Assembly: GCA_030704615.1 (NCBI GenBank)
Contig: CM060731.1
Coordinates: forward strand, 44,082,001-44,146,000
Reading direction: 5' to 3'
Length of the DNA: 64,000 nt
From: Takakia lepidozioides
Lineage: Eukaryota > Plantae > Bryophyta
Shown: piece after piece, positions 46,948 through 60,310 of the stretch
Layout: each line of letters opens with the position of its first letter
Numbering within the stretch: the stretch's first letter is position 1
Program-made: the position numbers and the translations under genes
The notes under the pieces: model-generated
Database searches by the model: none
What the model saw: only the letters and a program-made list of their open reading frames with translations
Told to the model about the DNA's origin: nothing

Positions 46948-49900
46948 TTAAGCTGCGATGAGAGACTCGGTGCAGGCTGTAGCTGGAGAGCTGTCTTGGC
47001 TCTTCTTCCCAGACCCATACTTCTTGGTGATGAACCTGAGATTGAAACAGTGTTGAATCCGTGTTAGAGAAAATCCCGTTGAACAAACTGCCAGAGGCTT
47101 ACAAATTGATAGGCTTACGATACGAAAGCATAAATTTGTGATTAAGGATTCTCACTGAAGTTCTACACATCTTACCTCTTTGTGTGACCCAGTAGGAAGA
47201 AAGCTGCCTAAACATAACAATGCACCGTGCAGGCTTACACGACAGAAAAGACTCACCAATGCCTGACAATAACAGTTTGTAAGGGCCCAGTTGGGCCATT
47301 TTCACAGACACTGACAACTGGTCAGATAATTGTAGACAGTTTCTTGAGGCTTATACGTTCATGACCCCAAACACACTAGTAGGAGAAGAAAGCAGACACT
47401 AACCTGAAGAAATCCCGCCAAAGCAGCTCATAGACAAGCCAGTTGAGCCCACTATCATCAGTGCTTTTACCTCCTGCGTTTGCTGACACTCCGCCCCTTC
47501 AAGAAAAACACCTCCAGCTTTAGACTCTGTTTGGACTCAAAATCTAGGGTAGCACTGAGATATGATCTTTTATCTTTCAATGGCTTTGAAAACCGAAAGC
47601 TGGCACAACTTATAAATTGTGCTCATCACAAATACTCTGATGTAGACAACCACCCACAGCAATCCTTCTACAAAACAAGTCTACAAAATCGAGGTATTAT
47701 AGCAATGAAACCTACAGTAAGAAATTGTATAAGCAGGCCACAATCAGCTAAACAAGGGATTGCTCTCTTTACACAGTTGTGTCCAACAAAATACTCAATC
47801 TACAAAAGCCAAATGAGTAGAAATGTACATGTAGGACTCCAGACTTACATTGAGAGCAAGAAGACTTCTTTCAAGGCACTGAGAAATAAGGTCTTTGCAA
47901 TAAGTGTTGAAAACTTTCTAGCATCTGATCAGATGGAAGAAAAGAAAATACCTTCAAAGAATATTACAATAAAACAGCAAACAACCAAAGAAACAAACGA
48001 AGACAAGGAACTTCTTGTTTAAGAAAAGAAAAAAGCTTGGGAGTGTAGATCTATCTGCTTTTCTCGAGGTAAGTGGACCGGTGCTCTTCCTATGTAAATG
48101 CATCATCCTTCATGCTGCTTTGAGTTTATCTGCAGAAGACTATCTTTGATCTCTGTAATGACATCGAGCTGCCTGACATCGAGTTCTGGTGGGTTTAAGT
48201 TCAAACAAAACTCCACCACTGGGGTCGTGAGAGAAGGGCATGCTTGCACACAGTTTGCTGGGTAGCAAGTCTTTAGGACTTGGGCTCTTGGCAAACCTGG
48301 CATTGTAATCATGACCTATGTCTATGAGCTTTTCAACTTCTTTTTTCAGCTTCTCGTAACCAGGGTTAGTGATATTCAGAGTGTGGCGTGCCAATCTTTG
48401 AGTGTGACTGACCAGGCAGTAGTAATTGTCTTGATCAATTGAAGAGTCTCCCTGTCATCTGCATAGGCTGCTGAAACTAGGCCTGCAAGCAAGGGTGGTG
48501 GATAGTCACCATCCCATCCATTTGCACAATTTGGGTGATGCAAACCAATAGGTGACCATTATCTTCACTCATGAAGATGAGCTGCAGGCCGACATGTCCC
48601 ACAGCTCGATCTTGAAGAGGCTGTCAAGTTTCGCCGATTCCTAATATTCGGAGGAGAAAGATGTTGACAACACTAAGAGTGACGATGAATCAGATGTGGA
48701 TGGTTACAGGGATGAAGACAATGACAGAGACACAGAAAGTGAAACACAAGAGAAAGGAAGGAAAGGAGGAGCAAATTCTGAAGGCCGAGTACTACAGGAT
48801 GGGATGCTTTCATGGGCAACCAGCTGGTTGTCTCATGTTTGACATGGCCCATGCCTTGCAGGGAAACAAAAACGAGTTGCTCTGGCTTGTGTCTCCCTCA
48901 CCGATCAGTTTGTTCATGAAAGGCTTATCAAGGAGAGATACACTGTAACTCGGAGGGAGCTAGAAAGGCATTTGACCAGCGCTGGCAACATGACGGAGTT
49001 ACTTCTGTTACCTTAAAGGATGGTACCAAAGTGAGGGCACAGGATGTATCAAGAAATATTATTGATGTTGACCGCCGTCTGATGCTGCTGAGAGAGTGGA
49101 GTCTGTATAAGGCTATACGATGTTCCCTTCAAGCTGAAGACATGGGGTGATCAAGGCTTGCGGAAAATGAAGCTCTTACTTGCGAGGATGTGCATCCCAC
49201 TCACAGAATGCCAACAGAGGATCAAATACATGAAAAGCGAAACGAAGAAGAGGCTCGAGACACAGTTCGAGAAATTCGAGTCTGAGTCTGGTCTTACAGA
49301 GCTCTACTTCCGAAACTTCCATAGGCACCATGGATACAACGACCGCGTATCGGCTGCTGGTGTTGTTTATGGAGTGACAGCCTTGCTGGAGACAGCAAGT
49401 GTGGATGGAGAAGGTGATTGCACTGACAAATTTTGGGAGGCATACAAAGCTCTCTCCCCTGATGAATGGGAGGAATTGCGAGCAGGTATGCAGCTGGCGA
49501 TCAAGATCCAACGAGCCTGTCTCCGCGTCAGAAGTGCTGCCATTGCCCAAGAGTGGCGCCATCAGGAATCAGAGGCAGCGTCAATAAATCAAGGCACAGA
49601 TTGGCTTACCTGAATGCCCTGCACACAACCAATCTAGAAAGCAAGGGGAAGTATGACTGAGCCCAACCTTGAACCATTCTTCTTCAGATCCTCAAACATG
49701 TGACGAGGGGAGAGACAGCCCATCGCCAACCAGGGTGAGATCTTGCACGAAAAGTTGGCACCATATAAACTATCACCTGCACCTTCTGGTTTCAAACTGC
49801 TGGTAACTTTGGTTTTGCCAGGTGCTTGCCCTGGAGCTTCCAATGCAAACCTTTGGAGCCGCTTCATGGCTTCATCCTCCCCTCCGACCAGCAATGCTCC

Positions 49901-52900
49901 CCCTGCTGCGTGACTGTCCTGCTATCGTTAACATGGAGAAACAAGATAGTCAATATTGCATGTTTGTTTCCAACTCCAGGTCCTAATATGTAACAAAACT
50001 AGGCGTTTGCCAGCAGGCTTTTCTTCCATGAGCCATAAGATAATGAACAACAGAATCATAGTAAATGGAGGAATTGCCATGCATAATGTGGCCTCTAATA
50101 AATATTGTTTATGCAATCTTGCTTGAGAGCATTTGTAGCTTCTATGCTAGCCTTTTAGCAATGGTCACTCAAATTTTAGCATGAATGCGCCACACTTGAT
50201 CAGCTGTTTCCCTCAATCCAGACCTTCATCAGCACCAGGGGCATAGTTATCTCAAGTCCTTTTTAATTTGAGAATCCATGTTGATTTGTTCTGTGGGTTT
50301 GATTTTATGGTGACAATTTGTCCCCAGGAAACGACTGGTATATGACTTTGATGCACAAGACACCTAACAGAGAAATACATTCATTCAGTTATTAAGGAGT
50401 GGGGAGGAAGCACTTGCACATCATACAAATATCTCAAATGTTCATGTGAGGTGAACCACTGATCCTGATGCTGGCATAACTCAGAAAATTTAATATGCCG
50501 ATCCACGAGATGAAAGGTAAAAGAGAGGAAGAGGAGAGGACCTGTCGCATCGTTGCTGGAGGGCTCAACCCAAGTTCCTGAAGGGAAGGAATGTCACCAG
50601 GCTTCACACCACCACGGACTGGCAAGCCCTTCAGATGCTGCGGTGCATCAACGGTGTCCCGCACACAAACATTTTTTACCTTCTCGCGGAACCCACCATA
50701 ATTGGATGGCATCTCATCCAGCTTGAAGGGTAGATCATCAATGTGGAACAATGTGCTACCCCAGAAGTACTTGGCCTCCACGCCTTGGTCTTTCAATGCA
50801 GCTGATACTTTCCCCTCCGCCTGAGAATAAAAGACAAGTTCAATCAGAAAGTTGGCCCATGTCAACAAACCATGGCTAGCCGTTGCCGCCCACTAAGATT
50901 GCTGCATTTCAGTTTGACTAAGCCTAACACAAATTTCAACCCTCATCCTTGGGTGATAAGAAGTTGCAGGCTTCTTCCACCTATATAAAAACCAGTTGCT
51001 TAATGCTGGCCATTTGCTGACATCATCTCCACTCTCTTTGGCTTGCTTTCACCCTCTTATGACAGCCAGTTCCTTCACCGGTTTCTTGCATCCATCTAGA
51101 ATTAAGCCTGGGCTGCTAGAACTGCCAGCTCAAATTGACAGTTGCCCAAAAGGAATGAACATGAACCTGAAGCTCTTCAAAAGTGACTTCCTGGTGTGCA
51201 TACAAGGCATCTGCCCCAACAGACTGGGCCAATTTCACAATCACTTCCTCTGGCTTTCCAATTCTGATGATCAAATCTGAACCCCTATGTCTCAGATTTT
51301 CCCGCAAGTTCGCAACACACTCCAACAGAAATTTGGCGCGGTAGGGACCTGTCTTATCGAACCCTGACGATGACTTCCCGTAGTCTCTTGGATCAAAACA
51401 GTACACTGGAAGGATGGAGAGAGAATCACGACTTGCTGTCACCAGGGCTTCATTGTCATGCACTCGTAAATCATTCCTAAACCACACAATGGATGCCCTG
51501 CGCAATCCTGCAGGGTTCCCTGGTTCTTTGAACTCTGGCCCGCGAAGTCGGTCGTAGTCTGGGAAAGCTGAAACATAGTTGGTTACCTTCTTTGAGGTGC
51601 TGACAGGGGTAGAAGCTGGAATGTCAAGGGCTACCTGAGACCAAGCATATATAAATATTTATCAATCATTTTAAGAAAAAACGTTTCCTGACACTTAAAT
51701 GTAGTTACAAAACACAACTACAGACAAGGGAAGTTGCAGAGTTTGACCACAGCAATGCCTCACAGCAGACCCACTTGGAAGCTCCAGCTAATTGAAAATG
51801 ACTACCCTTCCTGCTGTGAGTATCTTACATTGACTACCAAATTGTACAGAAGATGCTCCAGCCTAGCATGCAGGACAGCAAGCAGTGGCATAATTTCACT
51901 GAAACTAACAGCTGTAAGATCATTCCTGGTTATTATTTCTCCTTAAACCACTTTCTCTAAAATCTTACTTTAGCAAAATCTGCATTAACACATTCCCTGA
52001 GAAACTTAACATTGCAGCCCTAGAAGAGGACGTATGACTTAGAAGCTTTCAGCTCGTTGTTGTGTGCAATAGACCCCCATTCAGCATGCCATGTACACTT
52101 TGATAATTGGCCTCTGAGGAACAAAGCTCTCCACATAATGCTAGAAACTTTTTGCTCAAAAGTGAGCTTGGACATTTGCATAGTAGGTTTCTCATGTCTC
52201 AACCCTGTGCGTCGTTATCAAGACAAATTCCAGCCACATGCCCATCCCACCCACTCGAAGCACCCCCAGTTTGGGTCCAGATATAGACTGACCTGAACCT
52301 TGGAAGAGGCCATGACTGGTATTGGGCTGTGGCTCTTCTTCTGAGAAGGGGCTGCTGGGGAAGCCAACTTCATAGCTGAGCGCACATTCCGACTGGGTGC
52401 TTGGGGCACCAAACCAGGTTTCGTAAGTACAAGACTGGAGGAGAGTACCGAACCAAGGGCTAGCGAAATAGAGGCAGCGGCTGGGAAGGGCTGAGCAGGT
52501 AGATATTGTCCTGCAGCCAATGTGATCACAGCACTGGTTACATGTGGTGTAGTCATGTGAAGAGGATATTCCTAACTTGACGTCCCACCGCCTTTCATAC
52601 CACATGGAGCTGCCACATTATGCTACAGATAGGGAGACAGGGAAAAGGAGAGCATGGCCTCCAGAAGAGAGAGAAGGGAACCAGAAAATGAGGTAGTGAG
52701 AATTGGAATGGCAGTGTGTGGACGGTCAGTCGCCATGGACGAAAATGCTACATAACTAAACCACCGGCCACTTTGCAATACACTCCTCACGGCAGGGAGG
52801 ACTGTAACGACAATCTCCCGTGACACACTCTCAAAGCAGGATCTTCGCAGAAGGATTCCAAAGCCCTTACCTCCATCTACCTCATTCCCTTCGCAGACAT

Positions 52901-53045
52901 CCTCCACCGTCGACTTCACAGCAGGCTCCTCCAACACAGCAGGTGGGGACGAAGCGAGCGCCGGTGCCGACCCCAATGCGCGCTGCACATTGTGATCCAT
53001 GATGAGCTCCAGGTCTTGCAGAGCGCCATAGGTTGATCTCCCCAT
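46948..53045 (-). CDS. PHR2: Blue-light photoreceptor PHR2 (photolyase/cryptochrome-DASH-like)
   Basis: LRRASIVWFRNDLRVHDNEAL..LPVYCFDPRDYGKSSSGFDKTGPYRA, AEGKV..KYFWGSTLFHIDDLPF, LVGGEDEA..GANFSCKISPWLAMGCLSPR, GLNWLVYELLWRDFFR (47496-47404) and FITKKY..PATACT..* (47035-46948). The N-terminal exons and start codon are less certain. Confidence 0.9.
48495..49580 (+). pseudogene. CDC45: CDC45 pseudogene fragment nested antisense in a PHR2 intron
   Basis: VVDSHHPIHLHNL, an acidic tract, EYYRMGCFHGQPAGCLMFDMAH, ELLWL..SLTDQFVHERL, SVTLKDGTKVRA, LMLLREWSLY, KLKTWGDQG.RKMKLLLARM, VSAAGVVYGVTALLE, GMQLAIKIQRA. Internal stops and frameshifts; N- and C-termini missing. Confidence 0.85.
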
Positions 53046-54042
53046 TCTTACGGTCCTCTCTCAAGCTTTGGCAGGCCAAGCAAGGCCCCCTTGTGAGAAC
53101 ACAGACAAGCCCTGGCTGCAGGGGATGCTAACTTAATCCTCCGTCTCCCAGACCTCCCTTCCCTCTCTCTCTTCTTCTTCTTCTCTCTCGCTCTCTCGCT
53201 CTCTCTCGCTCTAGAGTTTTCCAGCTCTGCAAGTCCAACGTGTGATGGTGGGTTCAACTCTTCATCACTCCTCTCCACGTAATTTGTGTGCAAATGCTTA
53301 TGGCTTTGAGGGTTTTAATTTTTTAATTTTCTCCCGAAATAAAGCTCTCTGCTTTTTCTTTTTTTTGGGAGGAAGCCTTGAGAGCACTAACATAAGTTAC
53401 ACGCGTTTTTTTATTGGCGAATTTTCGCCAGATTTCGACCTCAAAAAATAAAACGGAATATTGTGTCGCAAATCCCCTGTTTTTCCATAGATGAAATCGC
53501 CAAATTTCTCCAAATAAAAATAAATTATGGATGAATTTTCCAAATATGGATGAACAGAATGTACCACTATTTTCTGCAAAACTCTGTAGCCACTCGTGCT
53601 GTTTACCAAATTTCTCAAAAAACACTAATACATAGTGCTTTGTCCAGAAATTTGGCGTTCTGATAAATTTTGAGCCCTATTTTCAAGATTGCCCATTTGG
53701 GCTGCCACGTGGGCACAAGTTCACAAGCCAACGGTTTTGGACACTGGATTTCAGCCCCATAGCACTTTGAAAACTTCAAGGGAGCATATTTTTTATTGGC
53801 TCCTCTAAAGTGGAGACTACACATTGGTGTCAAAAATGAAGCCCCTGTTGTGCTTTCCCCAGGCGTTACCTCCTCTTATTTGCTGAAAACTACTTCTTGA
53901 TATGCTTCTCAAGATAATACCTCCCTAAGATAACATCTTTCTTATTGAACAATTTATGAAAGATAAATGGATGAATTTTCAGGTTTATTATGGAGGAAAG
54001 TAGATTTCACTGTTCGAAAAGAGAAGCCATACGGGTCTAGAC

Positions 54043-54190
54043 CAGTGTCGGGCGGTTACCCTCCGGGACCCAGGTTAACCGCCAGTTCCGGTTCAGGTTA
54101 ACTGAAACCGGGCCCATTCCTACAGAACCTGACCCGGAACCGGAACCTGCCAATGGGGATCGGCGCAGAAACAAACCGGCGTTCCTGCTG
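54043..54190. mobile_element. Probable hAT-like element end
   Basis: Begins CAGTGTCG with dense ACCGG/CCGGTT/GGAACC subterminal motifs like the 13213 MITE. The partner end was not found. Confidence 0.35.
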
Positions 54191-55509
54191 GGTGTGAGAA
54201 TTTGGATCGCTCCCAAATTTGGCACGCACGTCAGCTTGTCGTATCATTGCTCCATCGTCACACCTCCGCAACTCCTAGAAGAACTCCACCACCGGGTTGA
54301 ATCTAGGCACATGTGTTGTAGTCGTGGCAGGAGGAGTAGTAGCACCTTTTGAACTGGTACCACCTACAGAAGTACCGGCACTACTTGTTCCACTACTAGT
54401 GCTGGCAGTGGGAGATATTGGTGCTGATGCCGCTACTGGTCGTGTTGTGCCTCGAGTAATGGAGACGTAGTCAGGAGACCAATACATCCTCTACTCCTTA
54501 ATCTCTGCTACATGTCCTTGCTTGAACTTGTGGTAATCGTCCATAGGCGGGCCTTCCAAATGCTGGAACAAGCACAATCGAGCTGGATGACTTTATCCAG
54601 GAGTTCGACAGCTGGTGTGATTTGCAACAGATGCGCAATCCACAGCTAGTAGCTCCATACATCTCCTTCATGTCGTCCCACAATAATGGCGAAGAAAACT
54701 GCACACCTGTTGATGAAGCCTCCGGGTCTGTGTCAGACTCTAAAGTAGTCGAGGGTGGAGGTGAAGGTGGTCTGAACCGAATACCTCGTCTTGTGAACCC
54801 ACTCTCACTGCTACTGCCTGTAGCCGTACTCCCCTCAACACCCTTGGGTAACTCCGTGATGACACTCACAACGTGCACCTCCCCTACGTGACACTATAAG
54901 GCTCCAGTACTAATTCTAATAGTGACACGGGTGGGCACCTGTTGCAATTTAAGGGTCATATCGCAGTGGCTCAGGGCACCTGCACCTGCATCCACCGCAA
55001 GAACTCATATGGTTGGCTGGTCATCAACCCAGTCTCACCATAGAAGAAACATTGGTGGTCTTGTTGGTCATCACTCCAGCCTCACCACCGACAGCATACT
55101 CTAGGATTGACCGGTGATCAAATCCGGCCTAATCCCTATGAAAGCAAGCGCCCACACAAAACCAACATGGCGCACAGTCAAATATGCAGGTGTTGGGGGG
55201 GATCCAAACACAAGAAATCAAAACATCAACACCCCCACACCAGAATCCATTTGCAGTGCTGATCCTGCAGAATATCCCAGCCCAAAACCCCGGACTGACT
55301 GGCCTCCACCAAGAGAGGCTTTGGCAACTACAAGTACAAAGTAATGGAAATAGTAAAAAGAGGGAGGGGAAGAATAGAGGCTCGACCAAGCAAGATCTAA
55401 TCCTGATCTATGCTATCAACTGCCAGACTTCTCTCAAAGTGCCTCGCTCTGCATGATGGTAAGGTGTAGGAGGTATATCTATGTCCAGAAACCTGTTACT
55501 AACCTTATC

Positions 55510-56157
55510 CTAAGCTATAGTAGCTCGCTCTAACCAACCCTCCTCCTCTCTCTGCCAGGTAGAGACAAAGCAATACTCCCTTATCTCCCGCTCACTGAAC
55601 ACTAAAGAAAATAAAGGTAGGGTCTGATAGTCTCTCAACTCGAAAGCTTTGAGACAGTTGTGGGTGTCCTCATTGCGAATGACTGCATCTCCTTCAAGCA
55701 GAACAAACTTTTTATTGCTAATGAACCCCCGCTCATGGTTGCCTCGTGTAGAGCGTGTCCGGCTGCAACCATGTCTGATTGCAAAAACTTGTGTAGCTCC
55801 TGCTCCTCTGCTCCAGTACACCACGGCCTTGTGGCTGAACACCTTGGTCCCCGGGGCTGTCTTTGGCTGTGTTCCAAGCCTAGCTTCCACCCACTTTGGT
55901 ATGTCACCTACAGCTGCAGAACTGCTTGCTCCAACAGAGTTCTGACTGTCCAAAGCAATATTGAGGCCCTCAATGCCGACTACAGCAGTATGTTGTCTAT
56001 TGCTAATGCCTGACTCCCAATATGCAATCAACTCGTCCAACTGCTCTCCACTCAAATCAGTCTGAGTTCCTTGAGAAACATAAATCTTGGGCCCTTGTGT
56101 GCACAGGCTAAGAGAAGAGACCTGCCCTTCAATTACGTCCTCATTTCCCCCAGCCAT
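55510..56157 (-). CDS. Intronless 215-aa ORF of unknown function, probably a transposon accessory ORF
   Basis: Open ATG-to-stop frame with protein-like composition inside a repeat-like region. No family recognised. Confidence 0.3.
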   Translation of the reverse strand: MAGGNEDVIEGQVSSLSLCTQGPKIYVSQGTQTDLSGEQLDELIAYWESGISNRQHTAVVGIEGLNIALDSQNSVGASSSAAVGDIPKWVEARLGTQPKTAPGTKVFSHKAVVYWSRGAGATQVFAIRHGCSRTRSTRGNHERGFISNKKFVLLEGDAVIRNEDTHNCLKAFELRDYQTLPLFSLVFSEREIREYCFVSTWQREEEGWLERATIA

Positions 56158-56748
56158 ACAAGGACGACATCCCCAGATTTGTCTCTCGTGTAGACCACAA
56201 CATGTTCTAGAAACAGAATTGTGGATCTTTCATAGCACACTCACACTCAAAAAATTCCATAGATTTTTAGCAGAGTCCAAAAAAAAAACTAAATAGATAG
56301 ATATATTTCCCCTTTCTGCAGCTATCCCCCCATAAACTGAGTCAAACGGAGTCCATTTGACAAAGATATGACCAATTAGGCTCTAAATCATTTAAATTAG
56401 ATCAAAAGGGTTTTTTTTTTTTTTTTTTAACACCAAAACTTTCTCGTCATTAAAAACTGCTCCCAAGTCATCTACGAGTTCCCAACATGTCCATGTAGTT
56501 CTCACAGATTCCCTGGATTTCACCTACAGGTGTTTCAAACATACACCGGTGAACTGCTCTGCTCCAGCCAAGATCTGTAGCTATGCTGACTCCGGGGCTT
56601 TGATCCTTCGCACTTGTATCATTCTAAACCAAGTAGCTCCCTGACCCAAGCTCGTATCAACAGTATACACCTCTGCTCAACAGGCTTAGCAACCCATAGG
56701 CTACTTATCCCCAACCTCTACACTCTAGTGAAACAGGATCAGGCCAAG

Positions 56749-58010
56749 ATGAGCAACGAAGAAGAAGGCTCTGCTCAGCTGAGCCCAATTGAAGAAGACG
56801 AAGAGGTCAGTGACATGCACGTTTCCGATGAGCCATACTTCTTTGACGACCAAGTACTGCAACCCAAGCCCGCCCGAGACCAGATCGAGACCACCAACGG
56901 AAGAGGTCAACTCGCCCCAGGAAATGAGATCGTCCAGGGCCGATTTCTCTCCCCAACGTGGAGCCCCTCCGCCTGTAGTATCCAGCATGCTAGCAAGGAC
57001 GGCTCACACCAGCCCCGACCTCAAACGACTTTCCAGCACAGCCAACAGTGACGAAGGCAGCTCGCACTCCGAACCCAAGAGATCCAAGGGCCCCCCCTCA
57101 AACGAGCATCCGCCAATTCTCGAAGGCACTACCTCCTAGCCCACGCCACAACTGTGGATGGGCTATTAGGTCCTCCAACAACATGCGTTGGACATGGAAC
57201 TGCCCATAATCAAGAAGATATGATCCACCGCGGAGCTCCGACAGCTCGGGCTAAAAGCCTCCAAGATCCATGAACTTAGGTACTGCTTGAAAGCTTTCCC
57301 CTACGTACCACAATTATATTTCCCTGCCACTAGACCAGATGGGAAGGATGGGTAACTATACCCACTCACCCAGCTTCCCAAAGGCACAAACATCGACCCC
57401 GAATCGGGCTTGTCTTCAACACCACATCACATAATCATATGATTTGACAAGGATACAGACATGCCCAAGGAGCAGGCCCTATACTGTGCAAAGAAAAGGT
57501 TTGCAGATATAAACATCCCCCTCGGGACTGTTCTGTACTCCCCAATCACGACATACAAAAAAAACGCATGCTGGAAATGGGAGTCCGCATCGACCACACC
57601 CTCATCAGGCCGTAGCCGCGTACCCGCCGAGGCAGCATGACAGGTCTTGCCGCCACCCACCAGGAGATAGTGGCAGAGAGGGATGCACTTACGCTTGTTG
57701 TAAAAAGCCTGGACCCGTTACACTCCCAGGAGGTTACAGAAGCTGCTCTTAGGGAGGCCTTCGGCAAAGATAACATCATTCAAGTCTACTTCAGTAAAAT
57801 CGCCCCAATGGAGAAAACCAAACACTCACATGGCCCTCATCACCTGCAAGAATCCAGCATATACATACAGTGGTGTAACAAGCCCCCAACACAGGTGCTA
57901 GGCAGCTGGTGAAATTCGAGCCACACATGAATAGACTGAACGGCTTAGCACCCCCTGCCAACGAAAGTTTGGAGCGCCTCCGAGTCGCCAATATAAATCA
58001 AGCCCAGTCA
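56749..58010 (+). pseudogene. Decayed LINE ORF1 (gag/RRM-like) remnant
   Basis: Acidic/Pro-rich N-terminus, then frameshifted ...YPLTQLPKGTNIDPESGLS...KRFADINIPLG...LTLVVKSLDP...EAALREAFGKDNIIQVYF...VKFEPH, giving an RRM-like beta-alpha-beta pattern. The family assignment is tentative. Confidence 0.4.
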
Positions 58011-60160
58011 GCCAAAATGGGGGTTTCTGCCCAATGACCCTTCTCGCACTGCAACATGAGGGCCCTCATAAACTGAGCACTGCAGGCCTCCTTGGCACTC
58101 AGCCTACACCCGTGCCTGGGAGACAAGGGCCCCCCCGAGTGCCGTGAATCACCATGGACCCAAGAGAGTCTCTAAAACACTTGCAGGCCACCTATGGGCG
58201 ATTATTGTTGGCTTTGAACTGCTGCAGCAACACTTTGAATGGTTTCCGCCTTCCTGTTCTGCTCCACTCGGCACACATAGCCAGTCTAACTACAGGCTCC
58301 CCGTGACCTAGCTATATTATAATAATGCTTAAAAACAGAAACATCATATCTAGCTTAGCACTAGAAAACTAGATAGAGCATCTCTCTTGAGTGATAAGAG
58401 AACTAAACTCACATGTCTGATAACAAAGAAACACAAAACACAACACAATCTATATATGTAAACTAAACTCACACTGTTGACACAATGACATGAAATACAA
58501 CACCATTACTCGTTAAACTAAGAGTCGAGCCAGGGGCACCCCAAGCTATGGGGACTCCACCCCACAACATCTTATTCTCCCTTCATAAGCACACTCAGAT
58601 TCTAAGCAGTGAAGGAGCTCGGTCGTGCAGACTCAACTCGAGAGAGATGAGCCGCACGACTGACGCTCTCATGAAGATAAGATGGTTCAGGTGTCAAACT
58701 AAACTTGACACCTGACTTAACACTAATCCAAGTGTTAAATACAAATAACTAGCTTTATTCTAGTTAGTTTCACACTGTGTTTATTTAACTTGACAGTGTC
58801 AACACAATGCCGATTTAGTTGGATTTTGTCCTTGATAACCTCTTCATAGAAGGGACAGAAGATCTTGTCTTTCTGCCAATTCGAGTTTTTGGGTTCCGGG
58901 CGCGGATGTCTACAAATGCTTCCACTATTTTATGATCAAACTCGTCTGGTGAGTACCAGTACCTTCGCTCCTTCTTCAGCCTGGTTTGGTTCACAAAATC
59001 CACCCAGTCCGCTCCACCCTTTTCACAAGCATCCTCCATTGCTGCAGAATGAAACGAGGGTGCAAGGACAATGAACGACAGACATAAATCCTATAAAAAG
59101 ACTCACCCTAAGCAAGAAGATGACACAGAATGGAATGGAAACACCGTAGCAAGTGAGAACCTCACCGAGCCGATGAACTTCGAGTTGTTACGAAGGCGAG
59201 TGTGTTTGCGACGCTTCGCGGCTCACCGTGACTTTCCACACCTGGGGAAGAACGGCCGTCTTTCGTTACGGTGATGGAAACGCAAAGAGGAAAATAAAAC
59301 AGTGCGAAGAAACAGGCGCGAAGAGAATGGAGTCGATCGCACATGGAACATGAGAATAAATTAGAAGTAGAAGGGGGAAAGCGGGCATGACACTGCCAAC
59401 GTGGCGCGATTTCACAGGCGCCAACTATCCGCCGTCATCGCATTGAATACGTCCACCGAACGAACGCATCGTACTAAATTCATCCACGGTCCTCGTATGT
59501 GCAACAGACTCATTTCCCATCGGGCCGAGAGTCCATCGGACCGCCAGTCTAGCGGACTGTTCGCTTTGTTGAGGCGAAGCGGCTTATGCACGACGGATGC
59601 AAGCCGCTATACTTGGTCACATAAACAGTCCCATCGTCCGATACGAAATCTGCAATACACGCCCCCATGTGCATACGCTTTCGCCATTTTCGCGCCCATG
59701 TTACCCATGGGTTCCTTTAACGAACTAAACTTGTGAAGGCTCTCATGAGGGATGCAGTACGAAAGGGCTCAACATATCATGACGGATCACAAGCAGAGGA
59801 CGTTATCGACGACATATGTCTGCATTTTCCATATTTATAACATAGAACCAAACCATAAAACGAAGGTTCCTGAAAGCACAACAAGAAGGCAAAAAATAGT
59901 GGAAACATATGCACGATGGTGGCTGTAGTGCCGAGACAGTCCTCTCATGTTCAAGCACACGCTTCATCATCATCATGAACATTGCGCGCAAAAGAGGAAC
60001 AGTCGCGTGCATGGAAACGCCTATCGCAACATCGGACAACAAACAACCGTCAAAAAAGAGCGGCCGGGATTTGGTGGCAACATCATTGCCATTTTCGCAG
60101 CCCTAAAAATGGAGGGCTCAGATGGGTTATGGGAATGGACGGTGGAGATCCTGCGCCGTC

Positions 60161-60310
60161 AGCGGACTGGATGGCAGGGAACTGGCCAGCGGACTGGCAG
60201 GCACTGACGGACTGGCCAGCAGCGGACTGGCGGACTGGTGGACTGGCGGACTGCTGGGCAGCAGACTGGCCAGTAGCGGACTGGCAGCTCATGGGCGGGG
60301 GACTGGCCGC
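60161..60310 (+). repeat. GC-rich (GCG)GACTGG(C) degenerate tandem array, likely a transposon subterminal region
   Basis: About a dozen ACTGG units. The 17-mer GGACTGGCGGACTGGTG at 60224-60240 is identical to 7036-7052. Confidence 0.7.

Noticed and set aside
48495-49580. CDC45 as a processed retrocopy
   Set aside because: No poly-A tail or TSD is visible, and plant CDC45 genes are often intron-poor, so the lack of introns is uninformative.
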